Part shown: piece by piece, positions 1 to 9,306 of the stretch
Position numbering within the stretch: position 1 is the stretch's first letter
Layout: every line of letters begins with the position of its first letter
Virus record (IMG/VR): IMGVR_UViG_3300010885_069896
Location: 1 to 64,000 of that record
Strand: one strand, 5' to 3'
Origin: a virus
Lineage: Duplodnaviria > Caudoviricetes
Length of the DNA stretch: 64,000 bases
The notes under the pieces: generated by a model
What the model was told of the DNA's origin: nothing
Seen by the model: the letters and a program-made list of their open reading frames with translations, nothing else
Database searches by the model: none
Translations under genes and position numbers: made by a program

Positions 1-225
1 AAAAAAGATGGATTAAGAAAGGGTTGTAGGTATTACGGAACGGATGGAACTATATTCCATGCTGATATAAATGCAGCAATTAATATAGCTATTCGTTCTA
101 AACACCCTGTATCACAAGTTGGCAAAGCCAACTTGACTTATGGGCAGGCCAAAGTCAACAGGCCAATCGTGAATGGTTTTCAAAAACCGTTTGCAAGCTC
201 ACAGGCTTGTCCTGTGAGTAGTTGA
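1..225 (+). mobile_element. tnpB: IS200/IS605-family TnpB, C-terminal fragment (5' part outside the window)
   Basis: Frame 1 from base 1 reads KKDGLRKGCRYYGTDGTIFHADINAAINIAIRSK...GQAKVNRPIV...* (TGA at 223-225). The (H)ADxNAAxNI RuvC-III motif and the GQAxVNxPIV tail are typical of TnpB. Confidence 0.85.
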
Positions 226-226
226 C
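198..226 (+). mobile_element. IS200/IS605 right-end subterminal hairpin and probable omegaRNA scaffold 3' end
   Basis: Perfect 8-bp stem CTCACAGG-cttgt-CCTGTGAG (198-218) followed by TAGTTGAC, matching the usual caagc-hairpin-gtagttgac right end of tnpB elements. Confidence 0.75.
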
Positions 227-250
227 AGAAAAATCCTCCTACTATATAAT
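222..250 (+). promoter_or_regulatory. Consensus sigma70-type promoter spanning the IS right-end junction
   Basis: TTGACA (222-227), 17-nt spacer, TATAAT (245-250). Confidence 0.7.
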
Positions 251-272
251 TATGTTTCTTTTGGCAAGAAAA

Positions 273-539
273 TTATTTAATTCTTTTGCAGCCCTTGCCT
301 TGAAGTACATGATAACGAACACTGTTTTCATTACTCATCACGGATGTTGCCAATAAGACACGTTTTGATTTTATTTCAAATATTAGTTCTTTTTTATTAG
401 AACCCAATTCCGGCCATACATCAAGATATCCATTATATCCAGATTCATACACCTCTGCCAATAAATCCTGAGTTCCACGTTCCATTTGAATTTTTAGCGT
501 ATATTTTGCACGTTCTTCTATGGTAATAGGTTTTAACAT
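273..539 (-). CDS. Hypothetical protein (88 aa)
   Basis: ATG-started ORF filling an otherwise empty gap; no recognised motif. Confidence 0.5.
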   Translation of the reverse strand: MLKPITIEERAKYTLKIQMERGTQDLLAEVYESGYNGYLDVWPELGSNKKELIFEIKSKRVLLATSVMSNENSVRYHVLQGKGCKRIK

Positions 540-644
540 GAGTAGTAATATTGAAATTTATTATGTGAATGTTTCATGGCTTTGTAGTGGAAGACAACCA
601 ATAGAAGAGAGGGATAGTAAATTAATGTGTGCATTATTATAGGG

Positions 645-673
645 TTGTAATATTACAAAGAATGTTATATAAT
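645..673 (+). promoter_or_regulatory. Sigma70-like promoter with a palindrome over the -35 box
   Basis: TTGTAA (645-650), 17-nt spacer, TATAAT (668-673), 9 nt before ATG 683. The 14-bp perfect palindrome TTGTAATATTACAA lies at 645-658. Confidence 0.55.
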
Positions 674-682
674 GATAACCAT

Positions 683-1618
683 ATGGAAACACCTAAACTA
701 ACAAAAAAACATTTGAAAATTTTACAAAACAGTCAACTGGATATTCAAAATGCCGATAGCATTGATAGCTTGTTGGAAAATAAAAACAATATTATTACCG
801 ATGTCAGTTTCTCCGAAACTACAAATGTAGAATATATTAAGTTGCGGAAGCATATCTCCTATTCCGAAATTTCTACATGGATGGATTGTGCATATCGTCA
901 TAAATTGAAATATCTAGATGAAATCAAAACAGATAAGGATGGGCCTTCTGTTCATACAGAATTTGGACAAGCAATCCATGATGCCTTGGAAATTTATATC
1001 ACCACAAGAGTGATGCCTCCTATTAGCCAAGTACAAGATCAAATCTTGGAACTTTTTAAAGTATTACCTGATTTTGATAAAATCAAAATGTCTGATTGGT
1101 TAGATGTTGTAGAACCAATCCTATCAGAAGTGCCAGAATATATGGAAAATGTATTCGGTAAAGATTGGGAGTTTGTTGCTGCGGAATATCCATTGATGGA
1201 ACAAATCGATAAACATGAACATATGTTTAAAGGATTTATTGACGGTGTCATTAAGGGCACAAATAAAAAGGGTGAAAAACAATTTGTTTTTATTGACTGG
1301 AAAAGCTGTGGATATTTTTGGCCGTTAGCTAAACGCACTGATCCAAAGAAAACAATGCAACTTGCATTTTATAAATATTTTTATTGTAAAAAATACAATA
1401 TTCCATTGAAGGATACTAAGTGTGGATTTTTCTTGCTGCGTAGATCAAAGAAAACCGGCAACTGCGAATGGGTAGTTGTATCAGTTGGTGAAAAGGCGGT
1501 AGAAAAGGCTTTAGGAACTATCGATAACATGCTGGGCTATATACAAAAAAGAATGTTTCCAAAAGATAGAAGCAGCTGTACTTATTGCCAATTTTCTGGC
1601 ACGGAGCATTGCAAATGA
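683..1618 (+). CDS. PD-(D/E)XK nuclease, RecB/AddB/Cas4-like
   Basis: SYSEISTW-DC, FGQAIHDALE, AAEYPL, KGFIDGV, FIDWKS, QLAFY and C-terminal CxxCxxxxxxxC, giving a four-Cys clamp. Start moved from the GTG at 629 to ATG 683, downstream of the promoter. Confidence 0.85.
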   Translation: METPKLTKKHLKILQNSQLDIQNADSIDSLLENKNNIITDVSFSETTNVEYIKLRKHISYSEISTWMDCAYRHKLKYLDEIKTDKDGPSVHTEFGQAIHDALEIYITTRVMPPISQVQDQILELFKVLPDFDKIKMSDWLDVVEPILSEVPEYMENVFGKDWEFVAAEYPLMEQIDKHEHMFKGFIDGVIKGTNKKGEKQFVFIDWKSCGYFWPLAKRTDPKKTMQLAFYKYFYCKKYNIPLKDTKCGFFLLRRSKKTGNCEWVVVSVGEKAVEKALGTIDNMLGYIQKRMFPKDRSSCTYCQFSGTEHCK

Positions 1619-2532
1619 GTTTATGTATTGTTACTGGTGGAGCAGGTTTTATTGGTTCTAATTTAGTTGAGCAATTGATTAAAGATAGTCATGAAGTTAT
1701 CGTTATTGATAATGAGAGCGCTGAATGTCATGATAAATTTTACTGGAACGATAATGCAAAAAATTATCGTTATGATATATCTGAATATAATGAGATAGCG
1801 CCTTTATTTAAAAATGTTGACTATGTTTTTCATCTTGCGGCAGAGGCTCGTATACAGCCTTCTTTGATCAATCCAATTCTTACTGTAAAAACAAACGTCT
1901 TGGGTACGCTGAATGTACTTCAAGCTGCTCGAAATACAGGCGTTAAACGATTTATTTATTCTTCTACTTCATCGGCTTATGGGCGTAAGCATACAGTTCC
2001 TTACAAAGAAGAGATGGAGCCAGATTGCCTTACTCCATATTCCATTGCGAAAGTTTCAGGAGAAGAATATTGCAAACTTTATAATCGCCTTTTTGGGCTA
2101 TCAACAGTTATCTTGAGATATTTCAACGTATATGGGAAGAATCAGCCATTAAAAGGCCAATATGCGCCCGTGGTGGGATTGTTTATGCGGCAACATAATT
2201 CTGGCGAACCAATGACAGTTGTTGGCGATGGGTTACAACGCAGAGATTTTACTCATGTTGATGATGTTGTCCAAGCAAATATTCTGGCTGCAACCACCAA
2301 AAATAAGAAAATCGATGGTGAATTATTAAATATCGGAACCGGCATTAATTACAATATGCTGGATTTGGCCGCAATGATTAATAAATCTTCAGCGAATATT
2401 TCATTTATTGCAGATCGTATGGGCGAATCAAGAGAAACACTGGCAGATATAAAAAAAGCTAAATTTTTACTTGAATGGGAGCCGAAAATAAAGTTACCAG
2501 ATTGGATTGATAAACAATATGGAAGACTATAA
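1615..2532 (+). CDS. NAD-dependent nucleotide-sugar epimerase/dehydratase (extended SDR)
   Basis: TGGAGFIGS, HLAA, YSSTSSAYG, YxxxK (YSIAK), LRYFNVYG, RDFTHVDD. ATG 1615 overlaps the upstream TGA (ATGA). Confidence 0.92.
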   Translation: MSLCIVTGGAGFIGSNLVEQLIKDSHEVIVIDNESAECHDKFYWNDNAKNYRYDISEYNEIAPLFKNVDYVFHLAAEARIQPSLINPILTVKTNVLGTLNVLQAARNTGVKRFIYSSTSSAYGRKHTVPYKEEMEPDCLTPYSIAKVSGEEYCKLYNRLFGLSTVILRYFNVYGKNQPLKGQYAPVVGLFMRQHNSGEPMTVVGDGLQRRDFTHVDDVVQANILAATTKNKKIDGELLNIGTGINYNMLDLAAMINKSSANISFIADRMGESRETLADIKKAKFLLEWEPKIKLPDWIDKQYGRL

Positions 2533-2554
2533 AATTTAGTATGGAGAAATATAA

Positions 2555-3313
2555 ATGACTGAACAACGAACGGGAAATGTAACTGTTATTTTAAATGGAT
2601 ATCGTAGGCCACATGTTCTAAAAGAGCAATATTCTGCTATAATGGAGCAGACAATTAAACCTGCGGAGGTATTTTTTTGGCAAAATAAAGCTCCATATCA
2701 AACTTTTTTTGATAAATCAGTCACCGATAAATGTGTTTCTTTTATTGGAAATTCAAATTTAGGCGTATGGGCAAGGTTTGCTTATGCTTTAATGGCTAAA
2801 ACAAAATATGTTTGCGTTTTCGATGATGATACGATTCCGGGAAATCGCTGGATAGAAAATTGCATTCTTTCAAATAAACAAAAACGTGGCCTACATGGAA
2901 CGATTGGTGTGGTTTTTGATAGTGATGCAGGTTATGCAGGTCCATATCATCGGATTGGTTGGGATGGACCCAATGAAGAAATTGGAGAAGCTGATATAGT
3001 AGGGCATTCTTGGTTTTTTGAAAAGGAGTTATTAACTACTTTCTGGAGAGAATTACCAGATCCTAAATTTGATAGAGCAGGTGAAGATATTCATTTTTCT
3101 TACATGTTACAAAAGTATGCTGGTTTAGGGACATATGTTCCGCCGCACCCAAAGGATGATAAGTCTCTTTGGGGATCATTACCAGACAAAGCAATGAAGT
3201 ATGGCGTAGATGCAGCTGCTATCTCTATTGATCCATCTGGTTTACAAAGAATGAATGAATACGTAATGTTAAGCAAGGCCGGTGGATATAAATTTGTAAA
3301 GGATCGTAAATGA
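2555..3313 (+). CDS. Glycosyltransferase, GT-A fold (GT2-like)
   Basis: VILNGYRR start, VFDDD metal-binding motif, GEDIHFS motif, and cluster context. Confidence 0.75.
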   Translation: MTEQRTGNVTVILNGYRRPHVLKEQYSAIMEQTIKPAEVFFWQNKAPYQTFFDKSVTDKCVSFIGNSNLGVWARFAYALMAKTKYVCVFDDDTIPGNRWIENCILSNKQKRGLHGTIGVVFDSDAGYAGPYHRIGWDGPNEEIGEADIVGHSWFFEKELLTTFWRELPDPKFDRAGEDIHFSYMLQKYAGLGTYVPPHPKDDKSLWGSLPDKAMKYGVDAAAISIDPSGLQRMNEYVMLSKAGGYKFVKDRK

Positions 3314-4311
3314 ATATACTTGTTTGTTATGGCACAAGACCAGAACTAATCAAAATCAAACCGCTTTTAGCTGCGTTTAAAGAAAACAATACAGCATTTA
3401 AAACGTTACGTATAGAACAGCATACGACGCTCATTAGTGGCACGGAACAAGACGACCACGTAGTTGGTGTACCGGCTGGGTTAAATCGACTAGATGCCAT
3501 ATTAGGCACAATAAACAATGTTCCAGATAATGTCTTTGAAAATGTAACACATATCTTAGTACAAGGAGACACAGCTACTGCATTTATGTGTGCAATGGCG
3601 GCTTTTCATCGTAATATTCCTGTTATTCATTTGGAAGCAGGGTTAAGAACATATGACAGACAAAACCCTTATCCAGAAGAAACGTATAGGCAGCTAATAT
3701 CTAAAGTTGCAACTGTGCATCTTTGCCCAACGGAACAAAACAATAATAACTTGCTTAGCGAGAATGTTCGATCTAACGTATTTGTTGTTGGAAACACGGT
3801 GCTTGATAATCTCGTGGGATATCGCAACAACGTTGATTATGGTGATGAGATATTAATAACGTTGCACAGAAGAGAAAATCATCCGATTGTTAAAGATTGG
3901 TTTATTGAGTTAGATAAACTAGCTCAAAAACATACAAAATACAAATTTGTTTTTCCAATGCACCCTAATCCAAACGTTCAAAAGTATCGTTATTTGTTAA
4001 ATCATATCGATGTTGTACAACCTCTTCCATATGAGAGTTTCTTAGAAAAAGTTGTTGGTTGTGGAATGTTGATTTCTGATAGCGGAGGCATTCAAGAAGA
4101 GGCTTCGTTTCTAGGTAAAAAAGTGATTGTTTGCAGAACAAAAACCGAAAGACCGGAATCGTTGAACAAAACAAGCTTTCTTTGCAAGACTCCAAGCGAG
4201 CTAGAAACCTTGTTTGATAAATTAATTATTGATTTAAAATGCGAACAAAGCAATGTGTTTGGTGATGGAAATAGTGCAAAAAACGTTATCAATGTATTAA
4301 GGGAACTATAA
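3310..4311 (+). CDS. wecB: UDP-N-acetylglucosamine 2-epimerase (non-hydrolysing)
   Basis: GTRPE(L)IK, VQGDT, HLEAGLRT, PYPEE, VGNTVLD, TLHRREN, DSGGIQEEA, TERPE, FGDG. Confidence 0.95.
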   Translation: MNILVCYGTRPELIKIKPLLAAFKENNTAFKTLRIEQHTTLISGTEQDDHVVGVPAGLNRLDAILGTINNVPDNVFENVTHILVQGDTATAFMCAMAAFHRNIPVIHLEAGLRTYDRQNPYPEETYRQLISKVATVHLCPTEQNNNNLLSENVRSNVFVVGNTVLDNLVGYRNNVDYGDEILITLHRRENHPIVKDWFIELDKLAQKHTKYKFVFPMHPNPNVQKYRYLLNHIDVVQPLPYESFLEKVVGCGMLISDSGGIQEEASFLGKKVIVCRTKTERPESLNKTSFLCKTPSELETLFDKLIIDLKCEQSNVFGDGNSAKNVINVLREL

Positions 4312-4312
4312 A

Positions 4313-5020
4313 ATGGCAACCAAAGATTTTTTTCAAGAACTAAAAAACATCGAACAAAGATTAAAGTCTGGGCAAAAGTTTGCGTTCTCAAAGTATGCAG
4401 ATGGTGAATGGGCAATGATAAACAACTCACCTGTAGCGTCTGTTGGTGAGTTTCAATATCTTAAAGAAGATATTTTTTACTCAAACAAGCTACTTGATTC
4501 ATATCGTTTTAAAGACGACGGTTATTATATTGGTATAAGTTGTCCTTGTTGTCAAGGTATTGAAACGCACAAAAGAATGTTTTTGTCTTCAAAACAAAAA
4601 GAAGATCATGTTACCTTTGCAAACGTGTTCGTGAACTCAAACTATCCTTATTACATTGAAAACATTGTTCCCTTTTATAAAACAAAAAAGGTTGTGCTGG
4701 TTTGCAATCGTAATGGCAAAATTGAGAACTTGCCTTTTACACCAGAAAAGGTATACCCTATCGACAACACTGCATTTAAAACAAACTACAGTTTGATTGA
4801 GGAGATGAAAAAAGACTCTGATGGAGTAACAGATCATCTTTATTTGCTTTGTGCTGGTCCTTTAGGGAATATGCTGGCTCATGAACTTTGGAAAACTAAT
4901 AAAGAAAACGTATACTTGGATATTGGTTCAACGTTGAATCCTTGGCTGCAAGCCGAAGGTCACAAAAGAGATTATTACATTGGCAAAGATTTTAGTCGCC
5001 AAAATTGTGTTTGGGGATGA
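4313..5020 (+). CDS. GT-D fold (DUF1792-like) glycosyltransferase
   Basis: FAFSKYADGE at the N-terminus, LCAGP and YLDIGS motifs. Confidence 0.7.
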   Translation: MATKDFFQELKNIEQRLKSGQKFAFSKYADGEWAMINNSPVASVGEFQYLKEDIFYSNKLLDSYRFKDDGYYIGISCPCCQGIETHKRMFLSSKQKEDHVTFANVFVNSNYPYYIENIVPFYKTKKVVLVCNRNGKIENLPFTPEKVYPIDNTAFKTNYSLIEEMKKDSDGVTDHLYLLCAGPLGNMLAHELWKTNKENVYLDIGSTLNPWLQAEGHKRDYYIGKDFSRQNCVWG

Positions 5021-5031
5021 AGGGATAAAAA

Positions 5032-5751
5032 ATGAATAAGACACTAGAAAATATTTTAATCAATTCTTATGAGGCTTCTAATCTTAAAAAATGGGAAGAA
5101 AGGATTTCGCAGGAAGTAAATGAATATTCATATTTTGTTGACATGCAAAAAGTTCATGGAACATGTGTTGATGTTGGTGCGAATATTGGAGCTTTTTCTT
5201 TTAAATATGGTAATTTATTTAACCGAGTTATATGTATTGAACCAGCAGCTGGAAATGTGAAATTTATAAAAAATTCAATTATTGAAAAAAATATAAAAAA
5301 CATTGAAGTGATTAGAAGAGCTGTTTCTGTAAACAATAAAGATGTTGTTAAATTAAGAGCAATGAAAAAACTAAATGGTTTTGATGGAATTGGTAGCATT
5401 GGTGATTTAAGCACACAATTACATACATTTTTAGATCAAACTGGCTGGTTGGACGAAAGTGACAATTATGAAGAAGTCGAAACTATTAATCTTGAAAATA
5501 TATTTTTAGATTTTAATTTAAAAACCATAAATCTTTTGAAAGTTGATTGCGAAGGTAGTGAATATGATTTTTTATTTGATAAAGATTTGAAATGCATTGA
5601 TCGTATTGTTATGGAAGTTCATGGTTTCTTGAGTCAAGAAAAGATTGCAAAATTAATCAATCATATAAATAAAACACACAATGTTTTTCGCATCACAAAA
5701 CCAACTCCAAATTTTAATATTGGTTTTGTGAGTAAACTTAATAATTCTTAG
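5032..5751 (+). CDS. FkbM-family SAM methyltransferase
   Basis: VDVGANIG, IEPA, LLKVDCEGSEY, IVMEVH. Confidence 0.88.
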   Translation: MNKTLENILINSYEASNLKKWEERISQEVNEYSYFVDMQKVHGTCVDVGANIGAFSFKYGNLFNRVICIEPAAGNVKFIKNSIIEKNIKNIEVIRRAVSVNNKDVVKLRAMKKLNGFDGIGSIGDLSTQLHTFLDQTGWLDESDNYEEVETINLENIFLDFNLKTINLLKVDCEGSEYDFLFDKDLKCIDRIVMEVHGFLSQEKIAKLINHINKTHNVFRITKPTPNFNIGFVSKLNNS

Positions 5752-5764
5752 CTGAAATATCCAA

Positions 5765-6628
5765 ATGATCACATTTACACAACTAGGCCAACATGGAAGA
5801 TTAGGAAATCAATTGTTCCAATATGCTGCGTTGAAAGGAACAGCATTAAAAAATGGATATATTTGCAAAATTCCAGATCCAAAAATCATGACATGGCACG
5901 GTCAGAATTGTTTGTTAGAAAACTTTGATATAGAAACTGAATATCTGTCTGATATGGATTGTAAGAATATAAATCACCGTGTTTATGTGAATGAATCGGT
6001 TACTGGCGTTTACGGAAACTGGTTAGAAAATATCCCAGATGATACTGATATATGCGGATTTTTTCAAAACACAAAATATTTTAAAAATCATTCAGACCAA
6101 ATCATAAAAGAATTAACACCAAAAAAACATATCACAGATAAAGCATCTAGATTGTTAAATAAATTTAGAGAACAAAAATCCATAGTCTCTTTGCATATAC
6201 GCCGTGGAGATTTAACGGATGGCACAAACCCAATATATCTAAATCACTATGGAACGAATCCATTTGATTTAAATTCAACCATTGGTAAAATGATTAACAA
6301 ATTGTCTCAAGAATTTTCAAACACAAAAATCATGGTTTTTACTGGCGGTAGTAGGTCTGGAGATGATCTACAAGATATCCAGTGGGCAAAGACCTATTTT
6401 TCAGATAAAAAGTTTATTGTTTCTCAAACAAATGATCCCATAATGGATTTTACTTTAATGTCATTATGTGACCATAATGTTATCACTGGCCCTTCAACTT
6501 TTAGTTGGTGGGCATCGTATATAAATCCCAATCCTCATAAAATTGTTATTGCTCCAATTGATTTTCATTTAGATGGACAATCCAATTTAAGAGAAGGGTT
6601 CTATCCTAAATCATGGAAGTTAATATGA
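5765..6628 (+). CDS. Alpha-1,2-fucosyltransferase-like protein (GT11)
   Basis: GRLGNQLFQYA, GFFQ, SLHIRRGD, DFxLMSLCDH, STFSWWA. Confidence 0.9.
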   Translation: MITFTQLGQHGRLGNQLFQYAALKGTALKNGYICKIPDPKIMTWHGQNCLLENFDIETEYLSDMDCKNINHRVYVNESVTGVYGNWLENIPDDTDICGFFQNTKYFKNHSDQIIKELTPKKHITDKASRLLNKFREQKSIVSLHIRRGDLTDGTNPIYLNHYGTNPFDLNSTIGKMINKLSQEFSNTKIMVFTGGSRSGDDLQDIQWAKTYFSDKKFIVSQTNDPIMDFTLMSLCDHNVITGPSTFSWWASYINPNPHKIVIAPIDFHLDGQSNLREGFYPKSWKLI

Positions 6629-7398
6629 GCAATATTTCAACAGTTAAAAATTTTTGGGATTCAAGACCTTGTAACATTCGACACTCTTCAAAAGAGATCG
6701 GTTCTCTTGAATATTTTGAAGAGGTTGAAAAAAAGAAATTATTCGCAGAGCCACATATCATCCAGTTTTCTCAATTTGAATCTTGGAAAAATAAATCAGT
6801 ATTAGAGATAGGTTGCGGTCTAGGGACAGTGGCAATTAATTTTGTTAAAAATGGAGCAGATTACACTGGCATAGAACTTTCTGAAGAGTCTTTAAAGTTA
6901 ACTAAAAAACGATTTCAAGTTTATGGATGTAATGGTAATTTTTATTCTGGAAATGCTGAAGAATTGAGTACGTTTCTTCCAGAGAAGAAATTTGATTTAG
7001 TTTATTCTTTTGGCGTTATTCACCATAGCCCAAACCCAAGAAAAATTCTTGAAGAAGCCAAACTCTATATGCATGATGAATCAATCATCAAAGTTATGAT
7101 CTATGCAAAAAACTCATGGAAAAATATCATGATTGAAAATGGGTTTGACCAACCAGAGGCACAGTCTGGTTGCCCAATCGCTTTTACGTACACACAAGAA
7201 GAAGCTAAAAGCCTATTTAAAGGGTTTGAGATCCTAGAGATAAAACAAGATCATATATTTGCATATGAAATTGAACCATATCGTCAAAATGAATATGTTA
7301 AAGTTCCTTGGTTTGCAAACATGCCAGAAGCTATGTTTAAGATTTTAGAAAAAGAATTAGGATGGCATATGCTCATCACAGCCAAATTAAGCAAATAG
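6625..7398 (+). CDS. Class I SAM-dependent methyltransferase
   Basis: VLEIGCGLG, GIELS, FDLVYSFGVIHH. Start moved to ATG 6625, which overlaps the upstream stop. Confidence 0.88.
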   Translation: MSNISTVKNFWDSRPCNIRHSSKEIGSLEYFEEVEKKKLFAEPHIIQFSQFESWKNKSVLEIGCGLGTVAINFVKNGADYTGIELSEESLKLTKKRFQVYGCNGNFYSGNAEELSTFLPEKKFDLVYSFGVIHHSPNPRKILEEAKLYMHDESIIKVMIYAKNSWKNIMIENGFDQPEAQSGCPIAFTYTQEEAKSLFKGFEILEIKQDHIFAYEIEPYRQNEYVKVPWFANMPEAMFKILEKELGWHMLITAKLSK

Positions 7399-7408
7399 GA
7401 ATTGAAAA

Positions 7409-8512
7409 ATGGAAAACGTATCAGTAATTGGAATAGGAAAACTTGGGCTTTGTTTTGCATTGTCTGTAGAAAAAGCTGGATATAATGTACTTGGCTTGGA
7501 TATTAATCCCAGTTATATTCAAGAAATTAATGAAAAAACTCTGTCAAGTTCTGAACCAAATGTAGAAAACTATCTAAGCAAATCTAAAAACTTTAAAGCA
7601 ACAACTTCATTATCAGAAATTGTTGGTTTTTCTGACATTCTTTTTGTTGTTGTTGCAACTCCTTCTTTGCCAAATGGTAGGTATGATCATTCGCAGGTCG
7701 ATGACCTCATCACAAAACTGGAAGGGGTGGGCCGTTCTTCTACCCAGAAACATTTTATTGTTTGTTGCACAACGATGCCGGGTTATTGTGACTCAATCAA
7801 AGATAAGCTGAATGTATTGAACTATACGGTGAGTTACAATCCAGAGTTTATTGCTCAAGGTACAATTCTGAGAGATCAAGCTTATCCAGATATGGTTTTG
7901 ATTGGTGAAGCAAATTCAGAAGTTGGCCAAATAATTGAAGACATATATGTTAAGCACACATTAAACGAACCAAGAATATGTCGAATGACTCCTCTAGAAG
8001 CAGAGATAACAAAGCTATCATTGAACTGTTTTTTGACTACTAAAATTGCTTATACTAATATGGTTGGTGATATTGTTCACAAATCTGGTGGACGCCCAGG
8101 TGTAGTATTATCTGCAATTGGATCAGATAGTAGAATAGGTGGCAAGTATCTTCGTTATGGCTATGGTTATGGTGGCCCTTGTTTTCCCAGAGATAATCGT
8201 GCTTTGGCAATCTACGCAAAAGACATAGAACTGCCAGCAAAAATTAGTCAAGCAACAGATGAATCAAATGCATTGCATTTAGTTTATCAAGTTGAAACTT
8301 TCAAAAATACAAACAACACAGAAAAAACTGTTGTCTTTGAAACAGTAACATATAAGCCAGAATCAACTCTTCTTGTCGAATCGCAACAGCTAAAATTTGC
8401 TGTTGCTTTAGCTAAAGAAGGATATTCTGTAAAGATTCGTGAAAGCAAGTCTGTTGTTGAAGAACTAAAGAACAAATATGGAGATCTATTCATTTATGAG
8501 CAAAGAGATTGA
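7409..8512 (+). CDS. UDP-glucose/GDP-mannose dehydrogenase family protein
   Basis: GIGKLG Rossmann motif, VATP, YNPEF, EAEITK, DSRIG, catalytic GYGGPCFPRD. Confidence 0.9.
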   Translation: MENVSVIGIGKLGLCFALSVEKAGYNVLGLDINPSYIQEINEKTLSSSEPNVENYLSKSKNFKATTSLSEIVGFSDILFVVVATPSLPNGRYDHSQVDDLITKLEGVGRSSTQKHFIVCCTTMPGYCDSIKDKLNVLNYTVSYNPEFIAQGTILRDQAYPDMVLIGEANSEVGQIIEDIYVKHTLNEPRICRMTPLEAEITKLSLNCFLTTKIAYTNMVGDIVHKSGGRPGVVLSAIGSDSRIGGKYLRYGYGYGGPCFPRDNRALAIYAKDIELPAKISQATDESNALHLVYQVETFKNTNNTEKTVVFETVTYKPESTLLVESQQLKFAVALAKEGYSVKIRESKSVVEELKNKYGDLFIYEQRD

Positions 8513-9269
8513 TTTAAAAAAAACAACTGAAAATATTGTTGGTTGGTTAAATACCTACAGCGATAGCTGTGGATTAAAAACTTTTATTATTGGAGTCTCG
8601 GGAGGGATTGATTCTGCTCTGGTTTCAACTCTTTGTGCTTTGACAGGTAAACCAACCCATGTTTTAAACATTCCGATCAAATCGATGGAAAAAAATACAG
8701 CGCTCTCTAAATTGCAATGTGATTGGCTTTCAACAAGATTTAAGAATGTAACCGTACATGATATTGATTTATCCAACACATTTGACAGTTTTATATCCTC
8801 AATAAACGACTTGAATAAAAATGGTTTAGCCTCTGCAAATACCAAATCAAGACTAAGAATGGTTTTGTTGTATCATTATGCTACATCATTAAACGGCTTG
8901 GTTGTTGGAACTGGAAACAAAATAGAAGATTTTGGAGTTGGGTTTTTTACAAAATATGGGGATGGTGGAGTTGATATTTCTCCCATAGCAGACTTAACAA
9001 AAACTCAAGTAAGAGCATGTGCTAGAAGTCTTGAAATTCCTATTGAGATTATTAATGCAACTCCTACAGATGGTTTATGGGATGATAGCAGAACTGATGA
9101 AAGCCAAATTGGTGCTTCTTATGAAGAGCTTGAATGGGCTATGGATTACATTGATACAAATCAAACATATATTCTTAATGAAAGACAAAAAGTTGTTGTT
9201 GATATCTTTCTAGGGTTTAGAAATAAAAACAAACACAAAATAAATCCAATACCTGTTTTTAAATTTTAA
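8496..9269 (+). CDS. nadE: NH3-dependent NAD+ synthetase
   Basis: GVSGGIDS, ANTKSRLRM, VVGTGNKIE, GFFTKYGDGGVDISPIADLTKTQV, PTDGLW, DESQIG-SYEEL. Confidence 0.95.
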   Translation: MSKEIDLKKTTENIVGWLNTYSDSCGLKTFIIGVSGGIDSALVSTLCALTGKPTHVLNIPIKSMEKNTALSKLQCDWLSTRFKNVTVHDIDLSNTFDSFISSINDLNKNGLASANTKSRLRMVLLYHYATSLNGLVVGTGNKIEDFGVGFFTKYGDGGVDISPIADLTKTQVRACARSLEIPIEIINATPTDGLWDDSRTDESQIGASYEELEWAMDYIDTNQTYILNERQKVVVDIFLGFRNKNKHKINPIPVFKF

Positions 9270-9306
9270 AATAAAATTGATACAATAATACCAACAGACA
9301 AATCCG

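Noticed and set aside
1-225. Nuclease-dead TldR-type repressor or Cas12f
   Set aside because: The RuvC-III Asp is intact, no CRISPR array is nearby, and the other catalytic residues lie outside the window.
227-250. Second copy (target) of the TnpB guide inside the window
   Set aside because: None noticed by eye; a computational scan of the whole genome is needed.
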